Virus record (IMG/VR): IMGVR_UViG_3300009093_000034
Location: 62,001-126,000 of that record
Reading direction: 5' to 3' (one strand)
DNA: 64,000 nucleotides
The notes beneath the pieces are model-generated. The model had not been told where the DNA came from. It did not search any database and saw only the letters and a program-made list of their open reading frames with translations. Each line of letters opens with the position of its first letter. Positions within the stretch are counted from its first letter, which is position 1. This document shows positions 1 to 11,200 of the stretch, in pieces. Position numbers and translations under genes: made by a program.

Positions 1-10
1 ACTTTGTGCA

Positions 11-199
11 GTGTTTCTTAACATTGCTCTAGGAATTGCTTTCTATGGCGTGGCTGTTCCGTATGCAGTCAATGAGCTTCCAGGAGGCTCTGGTTTCATC
101 TTGGTCGGAGTAGGAATCATCCTACAGCTCTGGATCAACTGGACCATTTTCAAGAAGCCTCTCAAGGCTCTTGGTGAAAAGATTAAGGAGGACTTCTAA
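11..199 (+). CDS. small membrane protein
   Basis: 62-aa ORF with two hydrophobic segments, directly upstream of the SPFH gene. Confidence 0.6.
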   Translation: MFLNIALGIAFYGVAVPYAVNELPGGSGFILVGVGIILQLWINWTIFKKPLKALGEKIKEDF

Positions 200-202
200 A
201 AT

Positions 203-1066
203 ATGAGAAGTTTCAAGTTCATTTCGTTGCTGGCAGTTGTTCTGTTGGCACTGGCAAGCTGTTCTCAGCTCCAGGTTAAGGCAGGTCACGTTGGTATCAT
301 CGTTGACCAGTACGGATCTGGTTCTGGTGTTGAACAGCAGGTCGTAGGTGTAGGTTATCACAGTCTTGGCTGGAATCAGCAAGGATATGACTACCCGATC
401 TATAAGATCCAGTACCAGTTCAAGAACAATGGCAAAGAAGGAGTGGATGAATCGATCCCCTTCCAATCTAAGGAAGGTGTGAAGTGCTCGGCTGATGTGG
501 CCATTCAGGTCCAGGTCGAGAACGATAACAAGTCGATCATCAACTTGTTCACCAGTTACCGAGAGGACATCGAGACCGTCGTCCATACCCAGGTTCATAA
601 TCGACTTCGTGACTACATGGGTCTCTACGCATCCAAGATGACCGTAGATGATCTGTATGGAAACAAGCGCTTTGACATGTTGATTGATGTTACCAAGGCC
701 CTAGCGGACGAGTTCTCCAAGCAAGGTCTGATCATTGACAACCTTAGCTTCTTGGGTGTTGTTGAGTTCCCTGAGACTATCAAGTCTGCCATTGATGCAA
801 AGATGGCTGCTACTCAAAAGGCTCAGCAGAGAGACAACGAGATCGCGACTGCTCAGGCAAGTGCTGCTATCCAGGTCACCCAGGCTAAAGGTGAGGCCGA
901 TTCTAACCGAATCTTGGCTGCTTCGATCAGTCCTGAGATCCTGAAGCTCAAGGAGCTCCAGAACCAAGAGAAGTTCATCGAGGCTCTTTCCACAGGAAAG
1001 GCTACGATGCCTACCACGTATGTGGCAGGTGGTTCTAACTCCCAGACCTTCATTCCTTTGAAGTAA
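203..1066 (+). CDS. SPFH/band-7 (prohibitin-like) membrane protein with lipoprotein-type signal
   Basis: Signal ending LALASC; VKAGHVGIIVD...G start; Ala-rich coiled coil (AIDAKMAATQKAQQ...AKGEADSNRILAASISPEIL) typical of band-7 proteins. Confidence 0.85.
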   Translation: MRSFKFISLLAVVLLALASCSQLQVKAGHVGIIVDQYGSGSGVEQQVVGVGYHSLGWNQQGYDYPIYKIQYQFKNNGKEGVDESIPFQSKEGVKCSADVAIQVQVENDNKSIINLFTSYREDIETVVHTQVHNRLRDYMGLYASKMTVDDLYGNKRFDMLIDVTKALADEFSKQGLIIDNLSFLGVVEFPETIKSAIDAKMAATQKAQQRDNEIATAQASAAIQVTQAKGEADSNRILAASISPEILKLKELQNQEKFIEALSTGKATMPTTYVAGGSNSQTFIPLK

Positions 1067-1085
1067 GTCATTTGATTTACTGATC

Positions 1086-1110
1086 AAGGCCCTCGTAAGA
1101 GGGCCTTTTT
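1086..1110 (+). terminator. intrinsic terminator
   Basis: GGCCCTC-GTAA-GAGGGCC hairpin followed by TTTTT. Confidence 0.85.
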
Positions 1111-1114
1111 ATTT

Positions 1115-1121
1115 ACTAATT
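1115..1121 (+). promoter_or_regulatory. ACTAA(T/C)T putative phage late promoter (first of many copies on both strands)
   Basis: Recurs directly upstream of structural, lysis and head genes and some tRNAs; nine copies lie exactly 4 nt before an ATG. Confidence 0.75.
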
Positions 1122-1125
1122 GATC

Positions 1126-1894
1126 ATGCCATTCAAGAAATCTTTAGACGTTCCTATCATCATTCGAAGAGCAACCTCGCTTTATCATCAGATCTCTGAG
1201 AAATTTCCAAATGAGTCCGGAGTCTACAGCACAGCCTTCTTTCAATATGGTCTTCAAGTAGATGTGATGTTTGAGCCAGCTGAAGGTAAAGACTCTCCTG
1301 CAATTGAAGCTTGGGGAATTTATACTGTAAAGAGAAAGAATGGAAAAGGTTACACGTCTGGGACCTTCCCCATCTTCTATCCTGAAGCTTACAAGCTAGG
1401 TATAGTTCCAAGAGACGAGGCAGTAAATGTCCATGAACAGCTCCCTGTGGGAGCACACAGCTAAAATGAAAAAAGCTGCCGATAAATGGGCAGCTAAACA
1501 AAAACCCCAATGGGGTGATGAAAAATGGCAAAGAGATCTAGACGAGTTTGGTGGTCTTGGTTACGATATCGTTCAAGACATAGTAGATGATCTAGATCGG
1601 AAGCACCAAAAGAGTGAAGACAACAAGAAGAGCATCTTCTACGAGTCTAAGTTGATCCACAAACTTGATGATAGTTTGTTCTGGGCTTTAGATAATAAAT
1701 TACCTGTTGGATGGGTAGAAGTCTCACCTGATGTTTGGGATGGTTTACAACTAAGTCCTAACTTTGTTAGGCTTGATTCAACCATGGCCAATTATAGAGG
1801 CTTTGTCATTTACAGAGTGAATGAAGGAAAAGAGCTTTGTTCTCTTCATCCTGGAGATGAAGCTCCCCCAGGATTTCAATTACAGAAACAGTGA
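1126..1894 (+). CDS. two hypothetical proteins (1126-1464 and 1466-1894)
   Basis: ORF track with starts adjusted to ATG; first ATG lies 4 nt after an ACTAATT motif. Confidence 0.6.
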
Positions 1895-2134
1895 TTACCT
1901 ACTGAAACTTCTAGCTAGAACATCTACGAACCAATCGCAAGCTTGTTCATACTCACGTTCGTTAGAAACTTTATCTAGTCTCATTCTTAGTTGAGGAACT
2001 ATGTTAGAGTCGATAGCGTAGACAGTATCTAAAATAACTCTGATGACTTCTTCATTGACCTCGTTTGAATCAAATCCTTCGAGTTGATCAAGGTCTTCTT
2101 CTAATTTCTTCAAAGTCTGAATGGGATCTTTCAT
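1895..2134 (-). CDS. hypothetical acidic protein
   Basis: 79-aa ORF, last gene of the minus-strand run. Confidence 0.6.
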   Translation of the reverse strand: MKDPIQTLKKLEEDLDQLEGFDSNEVNEEVIRVILDTVYAIDSNIVPQLRMRLDKVSNEREYEQACDWFVDVLARSFSR

Positions 2135-2136
2135 TC

Positions 2137-3528
2137 TTATAATACCTCTAATTGATCAGCAATGGTTCTAAAAAATTGTTTCAAAGTTGATATGTACTTG
2201 TCTCTTGGTTCATTTTTAACCGTAAGAACATCACTACCCTCATAATGAAGATCAATGAACTCTTCAGCATCTTTGTCGTATTCTTCTTTGAAGAAGTTAA
2301 AAAAGGAACCTTGAGGATCATCAGAAGCCTTTTCTGCGGCAGAAACTAATACCTTTAGAATATTTACACCTGCCCAAACTTCACCATCTCCCATCATGTC
2401 TCTAGCATTTTCTAGAGGCAGTAATATAGAAACGTTCTCTTCATCAAAAAGTGCTGGAGTATCTCCTTTCTCAGGATCTTCAATGATGTTTCCCTTTGTA
2501 GTTGCTTTGGATACATCATAGTCTACTCTATTAAGAACTTCATCCAATCTGTTCAGTACGTTAATCATCTTGTTCATTTTGCTTTCCTTTAGGTATGGGT
2601 TATCTTTAACCTTTGTAGCCATGTCCTCAATCTCTTCATCAGACATCCAGTCTGCCCAAAAGACCTTAGAGTTTACATCTTTGATGATCTCAGGAATAGA
2701 AGTTCCTCTTCTGACTTCATCGGCGATGAACTTTTGAAGTCTGTCTAGATTTTCAGTAACATCTTTTTTGAAGTCTTCACTCTCAAAATCCATGTAGTCG
2801 ATAGTCTTTCCTAGGATCTTCTTAAGCTCTGAGCGAGAAAACTTGTACTTCTTCTCAAGACGATCAAGGATATCTTCTCGTGGAAAACCTTCATCAATCA
2901 AACCTTCGAACTCATCTTCAATTTGACCGTTCGTGATCTCTTTGTTCTTTGGATCACGATCATTTAACCAATCATTGTAAGCTTCCATAGCACTAGACAT
3001 CTCAGAACCCATGAGATCTTGTAGAGCGATAAGCATGTCCTCTCTATCGTAACCACCACGCTTCATATCGTCGAGGATCTCGTTTAGTTCGTCTTGATAA
3101 GTCATACTTTCCTCCAGTTTAGAGTTCTCTTTAAGAGAAGAATTCCACGTAGAACTACCTTCTTTCTTCCAAGACCAATCAATTTTTCCAGTGGTCTCGT
3201 TTTGAATTCCTCTGTAGATGAAGTCACATAGACTGTAGAACTCGATACCTTTGATACTTGGAAGTTTAGTGGTTCTTGGGCTATCAGGAGCCTTATCCAT
3301 TATATCCCGATAAGGATCATCATTGTTGTAGTAGTGGATGAAGTTAGGGTGTTCTTCAATACCTGCGCAGTCTCCCCCTGAGATCAACTTATCTGCTTTT
3401 TTTGCAGATATATAGTACTTGGTGAGAATCCTATAAGTAAATTCAGGAAAACCGTCTCCATGAGAATAGATAGATTTATAACTATCCCAATCTTTCAGTT
3501 TTAAGAAGATCGCTGCTCTTGTTGCCAT
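2137..3528 (-). CDS. multi-domain acidic phage protein, possible head-packaged internal protein
   Basis: N-terminal MATRAAI...SIYSHGDGFP motif seen in phage hypotheticals; domains separated by LKEN/LEES/LKES linkers. Confidence 0.6.
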   Translation of the reverse strand: MATRAAIFLKLKDWDSYKSIYSHGDGFPEFTYRILTKYYISAKKADKLISGGDCAGIEEHPNFIHYYNNDDPYRDIMDKAPDSPRTTKLPSIKGIEFYSLCDFIYRGIQNETTGKIDWSWKKEGSSTWNSSLKENSKLEESMTYQDELNEILDDMKRGGYDREDMLIALQDLMGSEMSSAMEAYNDWLNDRDPKNKEITNGQIEDEFEGLIDEGFPREDILDRLEKKYKFSRSELKKILGKTIDYMDFESEDFKKDVTENLDRLQKFIADEVRRGTSIPEIIKDVNSKVFWADWMSDEEIEDMATKVKDNPYLKESKMNKMINVLNRLDEVLNRVDYDVSKATTKGNIIEDPEKGDTPALFDEENVSILLPLENARDMMGDGEVWAGVNILKVLVSAAEKASDDPQGSFFNFFKEEYDKDAEEFIDLHYEGSDVLTVKNEPRDKYISTLKQFFRTIADQLEVL

Positions 3529-5003
3529 TATTCAGTTCCTTCTGGGTTTTGAATATAGTTCTCAAGAATGTTTCTAGTGTAAGAGTCTCCGCCTATTGTT
3601 TCAACGAACTCTTGGTTCTCTTGGAAGGTCTTAAGATCTTTCTCATAAGAGATGAAAGCTCTTTCCAAAGACTCTTTGTACTCTTTGGACTCCATCTTCT
3701 CACCACAATCTGGGCAAACGTAAGTTCCGCCACCTTCATTCAAGAAGTCTTGAAGAAGTCCGGCACAACCTGGGCAAGCACCTTCATTCTTGAAAAACTT
3801 GGTGTCGTGATTGAAGACCTTATCTTCTGGAGCAGATGGATAATGTGGATCATCCCAATGAGACTTAGACTTGAGAAGTTTTTCATTCAACTTGCTCTTT
3901 TTGGCTTGACTAAGAACTGATTCTGCGAAGGACACGTCATCTGCATCCCAAAGTACCAAACTTGGTTCAAACTCTTTGGTGATGAACTCAGAGGCCTTAG
4001 TAGCTGGCCAACCAAGACCATTCATAAGAAGTTGCTTGGCTCTTTCAATCACGATGTCCACATCTTCAGGAGAGACTTTCAAAGCTTCTGTTAAAGAAAC
4101 AGATTCGTTGATCTCGTTTACTTTTTTAGCAAGATTCTTGATGACCTTGTTTCTACCTTGAGCAGAAACATATCGTTGAATATAAAAAGGGTTGTATTCT
4201 TTCTTCAAAGAATCTTCTAACTTGTTAGCTAGATCCCCTGTAACTCCAAGTTCATTCAAGATTCCTTGAATGATCTCCTCATATAACTTTTGTGTCTTCT
4301 CGTCTGCTTTGATTGTTTCGGTAATAGGACCATGAGTTTCTGGATAGTTGATCTCAGCTAATCCTCCTGGAGAGTTCCAGGGATCACTGTTAGTGTCTTC
4401 TCTGTCTTGTAATTTTTCTTTAACAGATTCAACCCAATCGTTGATCTGATAAACAACATCTTCAAAGGATGCGTTAAAACTTTCTGGGTATCCTTCATTT
4501 AAGATGTTATTAATACCGTCGCCTAAGGATCCTTCAGCAGTATCAAAAGCAAGTGAAGCCCAGAATCCGTTGACCTCAAAAGCAGCAGAAGCAAAATTTT
4601 CTAAAGCTTCAACCAATTCAGGAATTCTTTCTTTATCAAATATGTCAAACGAGGGATTAAAACTAGATTCCTTAAGAGGACTTTTCTTTTTACTTCCCTG
4701 GTACTCATCGTACCAAGAGAGAACACCTTCAAGGATTTTGTAAGGAGACTTCTTAGCCTCTTCGTTCAAGTTCACTCGAACAGGCATCTTGTCGTTGGTG
4801 ATCCAAGAGCTAACAGCTTCTAAAACCTTATCTAGGTCCGTCTCTGTCTTACTAGCTTTCTCAACAACCTTGATTAGAGAAGCAACACCTCTCCAATCCA
4901 TTCCCCACTCTTTGAACTTTCCTAGATCTTTACCTGAGTTCTTAAACTCAAAGGTGAGACCGTTGATCTTGTCTACTAAAATATTTCCGCTATCACTTGG
5001 CAT
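3528..5003 (-). CDS. multi-domain acidic phage protein, possible head-packaged internal protein
   Basis: Repeated (L/I)xE linkers; CPGC/CPDC Zn-finger near C-terminus; ACTAATT motif and RBS upstream. Confidence 0.6.
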   Translation of the reverse strand: MPSDSGNILVDKINGLTFEFKNSGKDLGKFKEWGMDWRGVASLIKVVEKASKTETDLDKVLEAVSSWITNDKMPVRVNLNEEAKKSPYKILEGVLSWYDEYQGSKKKSPLKESSFNPSFDIFDKERIPELVEALENFASAAFEVNGFWASLAFDTAEGSLGDGINNILNEGYPESFNASFEDVVYQINDWVESVKEKLQDREDTNSDPWNSPGGLAEINYPETHGPITETIKADEKTQKLYEEIIQGILNELGVTGDLANKLEDSLKKEYNPFYIQRYVSAQGRNKVIKNLAKKVNEINESVSLTEALKVSPEDVDIVIERAKQLLMNGLGWPATKASEFITKEFEPSLVLWDADDVSFAESVLSQAKKSKLNEKLLKSKSHWDDPHYPSAPEDKVFNHDTKFFKNEGACPGCAGLLQDFLNEGGGTYVCPDCGEKMESKEYKESLERAFISYEKDLKTFQENQEFVETIGGDSYTRNILENYIQNPEGTE

Positions 5004-5068
5004 GGATTCATTCCTCCGAGATTCTTTATCAATTAGTGCAAATAACTCGTAAGTTTATAGGAACGCAT

Positions 5069-5096
5069 AAAAAAAGCACCCCGAAGGGTGCTTTTT
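5069..5096. terminator. bidirectional intrinsic terminator
   Basis: A7-GCACCC-CGAA-GGGTGC-T5. Confidence 0.85.
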
Positions 5097-5113
5097 CAAT
5101 CGAAAGAGATTGA

Positions 5114-5644
5114 TTAGATCTCAAGAGCGGTTGCGGTAACTCCGGTGACGGTAACCGTACCACCCGTAACAGCGAGCTGAGAGAAGTCGAACCAGTAAGA
5201 GGTACCTGGAACAACGGTAGCAAAACCGTGAAGAACGAATCCGACGGTTTGAGCAGCGACGGCCTCGACGAAGGTCTGAGCAATACCAACCAAGGTACCA
5301 GCGACTGCGGCACCGTTAGCAGGAGCAGCACCAGTTCCAATTCTGGCATCAAGAGTTGCACCATCAGAGATGGTTCCGTTCTTAACAACACCAGTGATGG
5401 TGATCTCTACCTGAGTAGAGAAAGCTGGGGTGATGGATCCTGCAAGTCCACCCATGACTGCGGTAGCAGAGGTAGTTCCGGCTGGTGAAGCTGCGGTTAC
5501 CTGAGCTGCGACTCTTCCGGAAGCTGGACCAAAGGCTGGTGACCATCTACCAACCTCGCCACCTTGGTTCTGCAAGAACATACCAATGTGGAGATCACTT
5601 GCTGCCTCAACAACTGTTGGGACTAAAGACTGTACTTGTGACAT
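5114..5644 (-). CDS. putative virion structural protein
   Basis: Ala/Thr/Val/Gly-rich beta-type sequence; RBS AAGGAG; next to tail-fibre genes. Confidence 0.6.
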   Translation of the reverse strand: MSQVQSLVPTVVEAASDLHIGMFLQNQGGEVGRWSPAFGPASGRVAAQVTAASPAGTTSATAVMGGLAGSITPAFSTQVEITITGVVKNGTISDGATLDARIGTGAAPANGAAVAGTLVGIAQTFVEAVAAQTVGFVLHGFATVVPGTSYWFDFSQLAVTGGTVTVTGVTATALEI

Positions 5645-5693
5645 AAAGACTCCTTAGAAAATCTCCATGTTACTCATGGGTTTTCTACCCTAG

Positions 5694-5894
5694 TTAGTGG
5701 GAAGGGGTCACTACGGTTCGGTCTAAAAACTCGCTTCTAGCAGTTTGCATAAGAATATTCACTTCACCTTCGTCATAAAAACGATTCTTCTTGGCATAGG
5801 TCTTAACCCAAGAGTAAACCGTCCAATAATACACGAAAGGTTGTTGGTGAAATTCTTTGATAAAGAGATCGATCTGATCTTTTGAGACACTCAT
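5694..5894 (-). CDS. hypothetical protein
   Basis: 66-aa ORF; ATG 4 nt after ACTAACT. Confidence 0.6.
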   Translation of the reverse strand: MSVSKDQIDLFIKEFHQQPFVYYWTVYSWVKTYAKKNRFYDEGEVNILMQTARSEFLDRTVVTPSH

Positions 5895-5900
5895 GATAAG

Positions 5901-7898
5901 TTAGTTTCCTAGTCTAGTGATTTGAGCCCAGTCGTTAGATCCACCACCATTTGTTCCGGTGATGTCCCTAAATTGGATTGCATCTCCTGCTAAGAGCTGG
6001 AGTTTTATTGCACTGTGGTAAGTTCCAGTGGTTGGAGGACTCATCATAACTCTTAAGTTAGATCCATTCTTCACAAGCTCAATAACGTGGTTAGTAGTAG
6101 TTCCGTTCACAATGGAACATTCATATAATCCTGAGACCGGTATGGTAAAAGTACCGGCGCTATACATGTTATGAGTATCTACTACTTTGGTAGTATACAA
6201 GATCGGGTTGTTAATCGTTGCAGCAGAAGACCCAATGTAGTCTGCATGAACAAGAGCTGGTTGTTCTGCTGTGTTTCCATTAGAGATCTTTCTGATTCTC
6301 CAGAGAAAAGTTGAGAAAGTTGACCAATCGTCTCCTGCTCCACCATAAGCAGCACCAGAAGCAGGTCTTGCATAACGAGCAAAGCCAACTGTGACGTCAG
6401 TTCCTGTGATTCCGTTGAACCTAGTTCCAAAGTCAACCGTGTTTTGTCTCAAGTAATAAAGACCTAAGTTTCCTCTATCAGCACTGACCCAAGTTTTTCC
6501 AGAGTCAACAGAGTACTCAAAGGTTAGAATGTCACTAGGTTGAACATTTCTTTGAAATCTAACCACTTTGCTTCTAGCAACTGTCAATGTTACAGGGAAC
6601 AAAGATCCTGCTGGACCAGGAACTGATGTAGAAACTGTTGCGTCAGAGTCAGCAGTAGCTGAGTTAGATGCGTACTCAGTAAAGTCTGTGTAAAGATTTA
6701 TATTGACTGGCCAAGTAGAGATAGGTATGGTACACTCAAGAGAAACTCGAATCACAGTAGTTGATAGCGCAAAGTTTGCACTGTTCCAATAACCAAGACC
6801 AACAGCAGACCCGTTTGTGTTAAGATCGGAGATCAACAATCTTGTTGAATCAAAAGCGCTAACTGAACCACTTCCGTAAGACGTACCATTGAAGATCTTA
6901 ACAGCTCCAAGAACTGTACCGTTAAAGTTTACACCATCATCCAACACAATGTTTGTGGTGTCTATCGTGTATCCAGAAGGAAGAGAGATGAGATAAACAC
7001 CTGAACCTGCAGAGCCTGCTGCTGTTTGATTCAAAGTCCAGAACAATCTCATTTTAGAACCAATTCGACTCCAAGAAGCTTTTTGAGTGTTTGTTCCAAG
7101 AGTAGGGTTGCTTGTTACTCCTGTGAGAGTTGGAGTGTAAGTACTTTCTGATCCAATGGCAGCAGCTTGAATTTGAACGTAAGAGCTAACCTGGATCTTA
7201 GCTAAGTTCACTGTATAAGCTAAAGCAGAGGTTGAGGCCACATGGAAGATAACACGATAACTTAAAGAAGATGATGCAAAGAACGAACAAGAGAACTTAG
7301 CTGGTTGAGTAGCTGTGCTAGGTAGAGATGACAATGAAAGAGGAATTAAGACTGAGTTTGTGATGTCATATAAAAAGACGGCCATGTCATTGTCAGCATA
7401 ATTTGAAGAGGTCTTGTAAGACAATGTGAAGGTAAGTTGTTGACCTCTATCTGAGTTTGAGATTTGGAAGGTCTCAGAGACACCTTGACCTTGACGATTC
7501 GCCGCATCTTTAGTAAAGAGAAAATCACTTGTGAGATCTAGAGGAGTTGTGGTGTTGACAGCCACTGTCACGTTTGGAGAACCACCGGTACCATCAACTG
7601 GAGAAGTCGATGCAGCGTCGGCGTAAGTTGAGACGTTTGTTAAACCTTGACCACCTGAAGGGTTTGAAATGTATCCAGTTGATCCTGATCCACTTGAGAC
7701 TGTGGTCCAATAAGTTTGAGAGGTATCTAAGAGAGGGTCTTGTCCTGTGTTTGCTTGAACAGCTTCGAACAAAGATCCGTTTCTGTTGACAATGGCTTGA
7801 ATTGGATAAGGAACTCCAGCGGACCAGAGAGCAACTTGAATGTCTGATTGCCTGATAGCAGGAGAAAGGGCAATTGGCCAACCTAAGGATCTTGACAT
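5901..7898 (-). CDS. tail fibre / receptor-binding protein with C-terminal C1q-like domain
   Basis: Ser/Thr-rich; paralogous to the C-terminal part of 8293-12711 (TKDAANRQGQG, DFTEYASN, RKISNGNTAEQP); ends ...FTIPVSGLY...QITRLGN. Confidence 0.75.
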   Translation of the reverse strand: MSRSLGWPIALSPAIRQSDIQVALWSAGVPYPIQAIVNRNGSLFEAVQANTGQDPLLDTSQTYWTTVSSGSGSTGYISNPSGGQGLTNVSTYADAASTSPVDGTGGSPNVTVAVNTTTPLDLTSDFLFTKDAANRQGQGVSETFQISNSDRGQQLTFTLSYKTSSNYADNDMAVFLYDITNSVLIPLSLSSLPSTATQPAKFSCSFFASSSLSYRVIFHVASTSALAYTVNLAKIQVSSYVQIQAAAIGSESTYTPTLTGVTSNPTLGTNTQKASWSRIGSKMRLFWTLNQTAAGSAGSGVYLISLPSGYTIDTTNIVLDDGVNFNGTVLGAVKIFNGTSYGSGSVSAFDSTRLLISDLNTNGSAVGLGYWNSANFALSTTVIRVSLECTIPISTWPVNINLYTDFTEYASNSATADSDATVSTSVPGPAGSLFPVTLTVARSKVVRFQRNVQPSDILTFEYSVDSGKTWVSADRGNLGLYYLRQNTVDFGTRFNGITGTDVTVGFARYARPASGAAYGGAGDDWSTFSTFLWRIRKISNGNTAEQPALVHADYIGSSAATINNPILYTTKVVDTHNMYSAGTFTIPVSGLYECSIVNGTTTNHVIELVKNGSNLRVMMSPPTTGTYHSAIKLQLLAGDAIQFRDITGTNGGGSNDWAQITRLGN

Positions 7899-8293
7899 TA
7901 TGAACCTATCCTAGTGATCTGAATATAGCTGGCCGTAGGACTGCTTGACGCAGTTCCTGTAGTGTCACGCACATCGATAGTATCATTGACTGCCAGACGA
8001 ACAGTCGTCACCAATTGTACACGACCTGAACTACTACCGTCAGAGCCTTGCTTGAATGCACTACCATTTTTGTAAAGAGTCACAATATGACCTGACGATA
8101 CTATGCAAAGAGCTGTGATTTGATACACACCAGCTTTAGGCGCGGTAAACTTCCAGGTACCTGTACCTGTGGTTACACATGAATCTGTATCTTCAACGAG
8201 TGTGGACCAGTTGATCGGAGTGTTAATTGTTGCTGCATCTGAGTTTGAATACTCAGCACGAATGAGGGATGTTTCCATCCATAGTTTAGCCAT
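7898..8293 (-). CDS. stand-alone C1q-like tail-fibre tip domain
   Basis: WKFTAPKAGVYQI...VRLAVNDTIDV...QITRIGS, matching the C-termini of both flanking fibres. Confidence 0.7.
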   Translation of the reverse strand: MAKLWMETSLIRAEYSNSDAATINTPINWSTLVEDTDSCVTTGTGTWKFTAPKAGVYQITALCIVSSGHIVTLYKNGSAFKQGSDGSSSGRVQLVTTVRLAVNDTIDVRDTTGTASSSPTASYIQITRIGS

Positions 8294-11200
8294 TAGCTAC
8301 CGATCCTTGTGATCTGGATCCACACGTTAACGTCTGATGGTTGAGAAGCAGCACTGTCGTTTTGAAGCCAGATCTGATCTCCTACTACCAATCGAAGAGT
8401 GATGTTTGAAGAACCAGAGGTTGCTGTTACTGGAGTGGTACCAAAGTACCTCCATCTAGAACCATTCTTAAAGATCTGACAGTTACCTGCTGTTCCTGTG
8501 GTATAGGAGTTGGTTTCTACCAAATAGAGTCCAGCAACTGGACAAACGAACTTCCAGCTTGCTCCTGTTGTGACAGCACTGTGAGTATCTTCCACTTTCG
8601 TTTGAAAGTTAAGAACTACGTTAGTTGCCGTGGAAGGAACAGAGATGTACTCAGCTCTAACCATGGATGGTTGTTCAGCCATGTTTCCATTGCTGACTTT
8701 TCTAACTCGCCACTTAACAGTAGAAAACGCACTCCAAGCTGAACCGTTATTGGTTCCATAAGTTGATCCAGGATAAATACCGCTGTTTCCTATTTCTACT
8801 AGAGCTCGTTTCTTGTTGGTTGTGTCTCGTCTTACTTGAACACCATATCTGGCGTTACCTTGAACAGCAAATTCCATAAAAGCATAAAGAGGTCCCCAAC
8901 CTATTCCGTTATCGTTTATCTCTAGAATAAGTTGGTCTGTAGATTGAATCTCTCTAGCAAAGTCAACAGCGTACTTTGTGGAGAATCCGTTAGAGAAGTC
9001 TGTACTGACAACAGCAACAAAAGCACTTCCATCTTGACCAGTTTTTTGTCCTGTGGTAAAGGTGGTGTTGGTAGTTGTTCCTCCAGATCCATCGTTAGAT
9101 GCATACTCTGTGAAATCGCTTGCTAGGTTTACATTTGACGACCATTGAGAGATCTTAGCCTGGAAGTAAACTGTGATGACGTCTGTAGACGCCCATGTGA
9201 TTGGGGTGGTTGCTGTCCATGCTGTAGCTCCGTTACCACCAAAGGGGTAACGATACTCCAAGTTAAATCCGATTCCTCCGCCTAGAAGACCAGGAGATAA
9301 ATCACCACCATAACGTGAAGATGAGTGGGTTCCTATTGCATATCCAACAGGCCTGAAGGTTGAGGTTAATCCTGAAGGGAAAAGAACGTTGATCTGACCA
9401 GTAACTGCTCCAGATAAGGTGATAGCTATGACACCTTCCAAAAGATCGCCTTTACGCCAAACGTGAGAGTTTGCTAGGTCGATAGTTCCAGGAACGTTTT
9501 GGAAAGACATTTGACCGGCGTACTCTCCACCAATTGCTGCTCCAAGAACTGGAATGAATGGAGTGATAGTAACTTGATCGATGTTCATGGTCCAAGCAAG
9601 AGCGTTTGTTGTGGCAACATGGAAAACCAAACGATAACTTGTTGATGTCGAAGCTGGCCAGAAGGTAGCTGAGAAATAGGTTCCAGCTGAAGCAGTTGGA
9701 AGAGAGTTTATTGAGATCGGAATGAAGTTCGAGTTTGTCTTATCATATAGATAGGCTAGAATGTCTCCTGCAGCGTAGTTTGTTGATGTCTTGAAGTAGA
9801 AGGACAAACCTAGAGTGGAACCTAGAACAGCCGGATCCAAGGTAAAGTCATATGAGATTCCTTGACCTTGTCTGTTGGCAGCATCTTTGGTAATTAGACC
9901 ATCGCCTGTTCCAATGAGAGGTGTTGTTCCATTTCTAGCTAGAGTAAGGACAGCTGTTCCACCAGTTCCATCAACTGGCGTTGCTGAAGCTCCATCGTTG
10001 TATGTTGCCCAGCCAGAGATATCACTCTCAAATGTTCCATTAGAAATGTAGTTCAATCCACTGGACGGGTTGGTGAAGATGACGCTAGGGTTGTTCAACA
10101 AAACTGTATCAGGGAAAGCTTGAACTGTCCAAAAAGAGATCACTGTTCCAGTTGAGTCTTTTACACTTAAAGAGGAAAGATCTGGAATGTTAAAGGTGGT
10201 TGAACCATCTCCAACTCCATAAGAAGTTCCCCACAATGAGAACAACTGAGAATAAAAAGATCTACCAACAGCAGCTCCGTTCAATTGTAAGAGGTTTCCT
10301 GGAAGAGATCCAACAGAACCTGTCCAAAGAGTTGTTCTTCCAAGTCCTACAAGAGCCGTTGTTCCTGTGATGACTTGAACAGGCTCACCAATGGTGATCA
10401 AGAGGTCGGTGGCGTTGACAGCGATACCGATAGCAACTCTGAAGCTTCCAATGGTGATGGTGTTAGGATCTGTGATGACTTGGCCATTTGTACCAAGATA
10501 GTAAAAGGTTCCAGGTGTCATTCCTGATCCGAAACCAACCATGATCGAGCCAGAGGCTTGCCAAACAATGGTAGCTGCAGAAGCTCCTCCATTGAAAGCT
10601 ATTCCAATAGCAGTAGCTGTTGTCTCGGTGTCGTTGCTAGCGTGTTGAAGTGTTCCAGAGGACGTGATGTAGACCACTCTCTTGGTGGTGACTGCGTTTG
10701 TTCCTACGGTTCCTGTAGATGAAGCAGAACCTCCAACAGGAGTCCAGTTTGCGTGGGTTGTGTCTGTTGATGGATCGTGGTTTAGGTTACCGTTGGCGTT
10801 AGAAGAATAGGCAACACCTAATCTGTTGATGATCGCGTATTGGGTGTAGGTAACGTTTGATTGCCAAAGAGGAAGAGACGAGATTCTAAAAGCTTCTTTG
10901 ACTGAAGCTTGAGAAGGCGGTTGAGTAGTGGAGTTTGATGCGAAGGTAGCATCATCTATGGCAGCAAGACCAGACAAAGCTGAACTGAGACCCGTGACAT
11001 TAGCTATGACTACGTTAGCAAACACTCCTGAAGCTGATAAAAATTTACCTGCTGCAGTATCACCAGAAGCTGGTGCAGGAACCACACCTTGAGTTCCACC
11101 AGATCCTGAATCTCCTATGAAAGTAGGAAGATGAACCATAACTGAAGAAGGACTGTTAGCTTGAGGAATAGCAGAACTTCCTGAAAAGTTACTGAGGATA

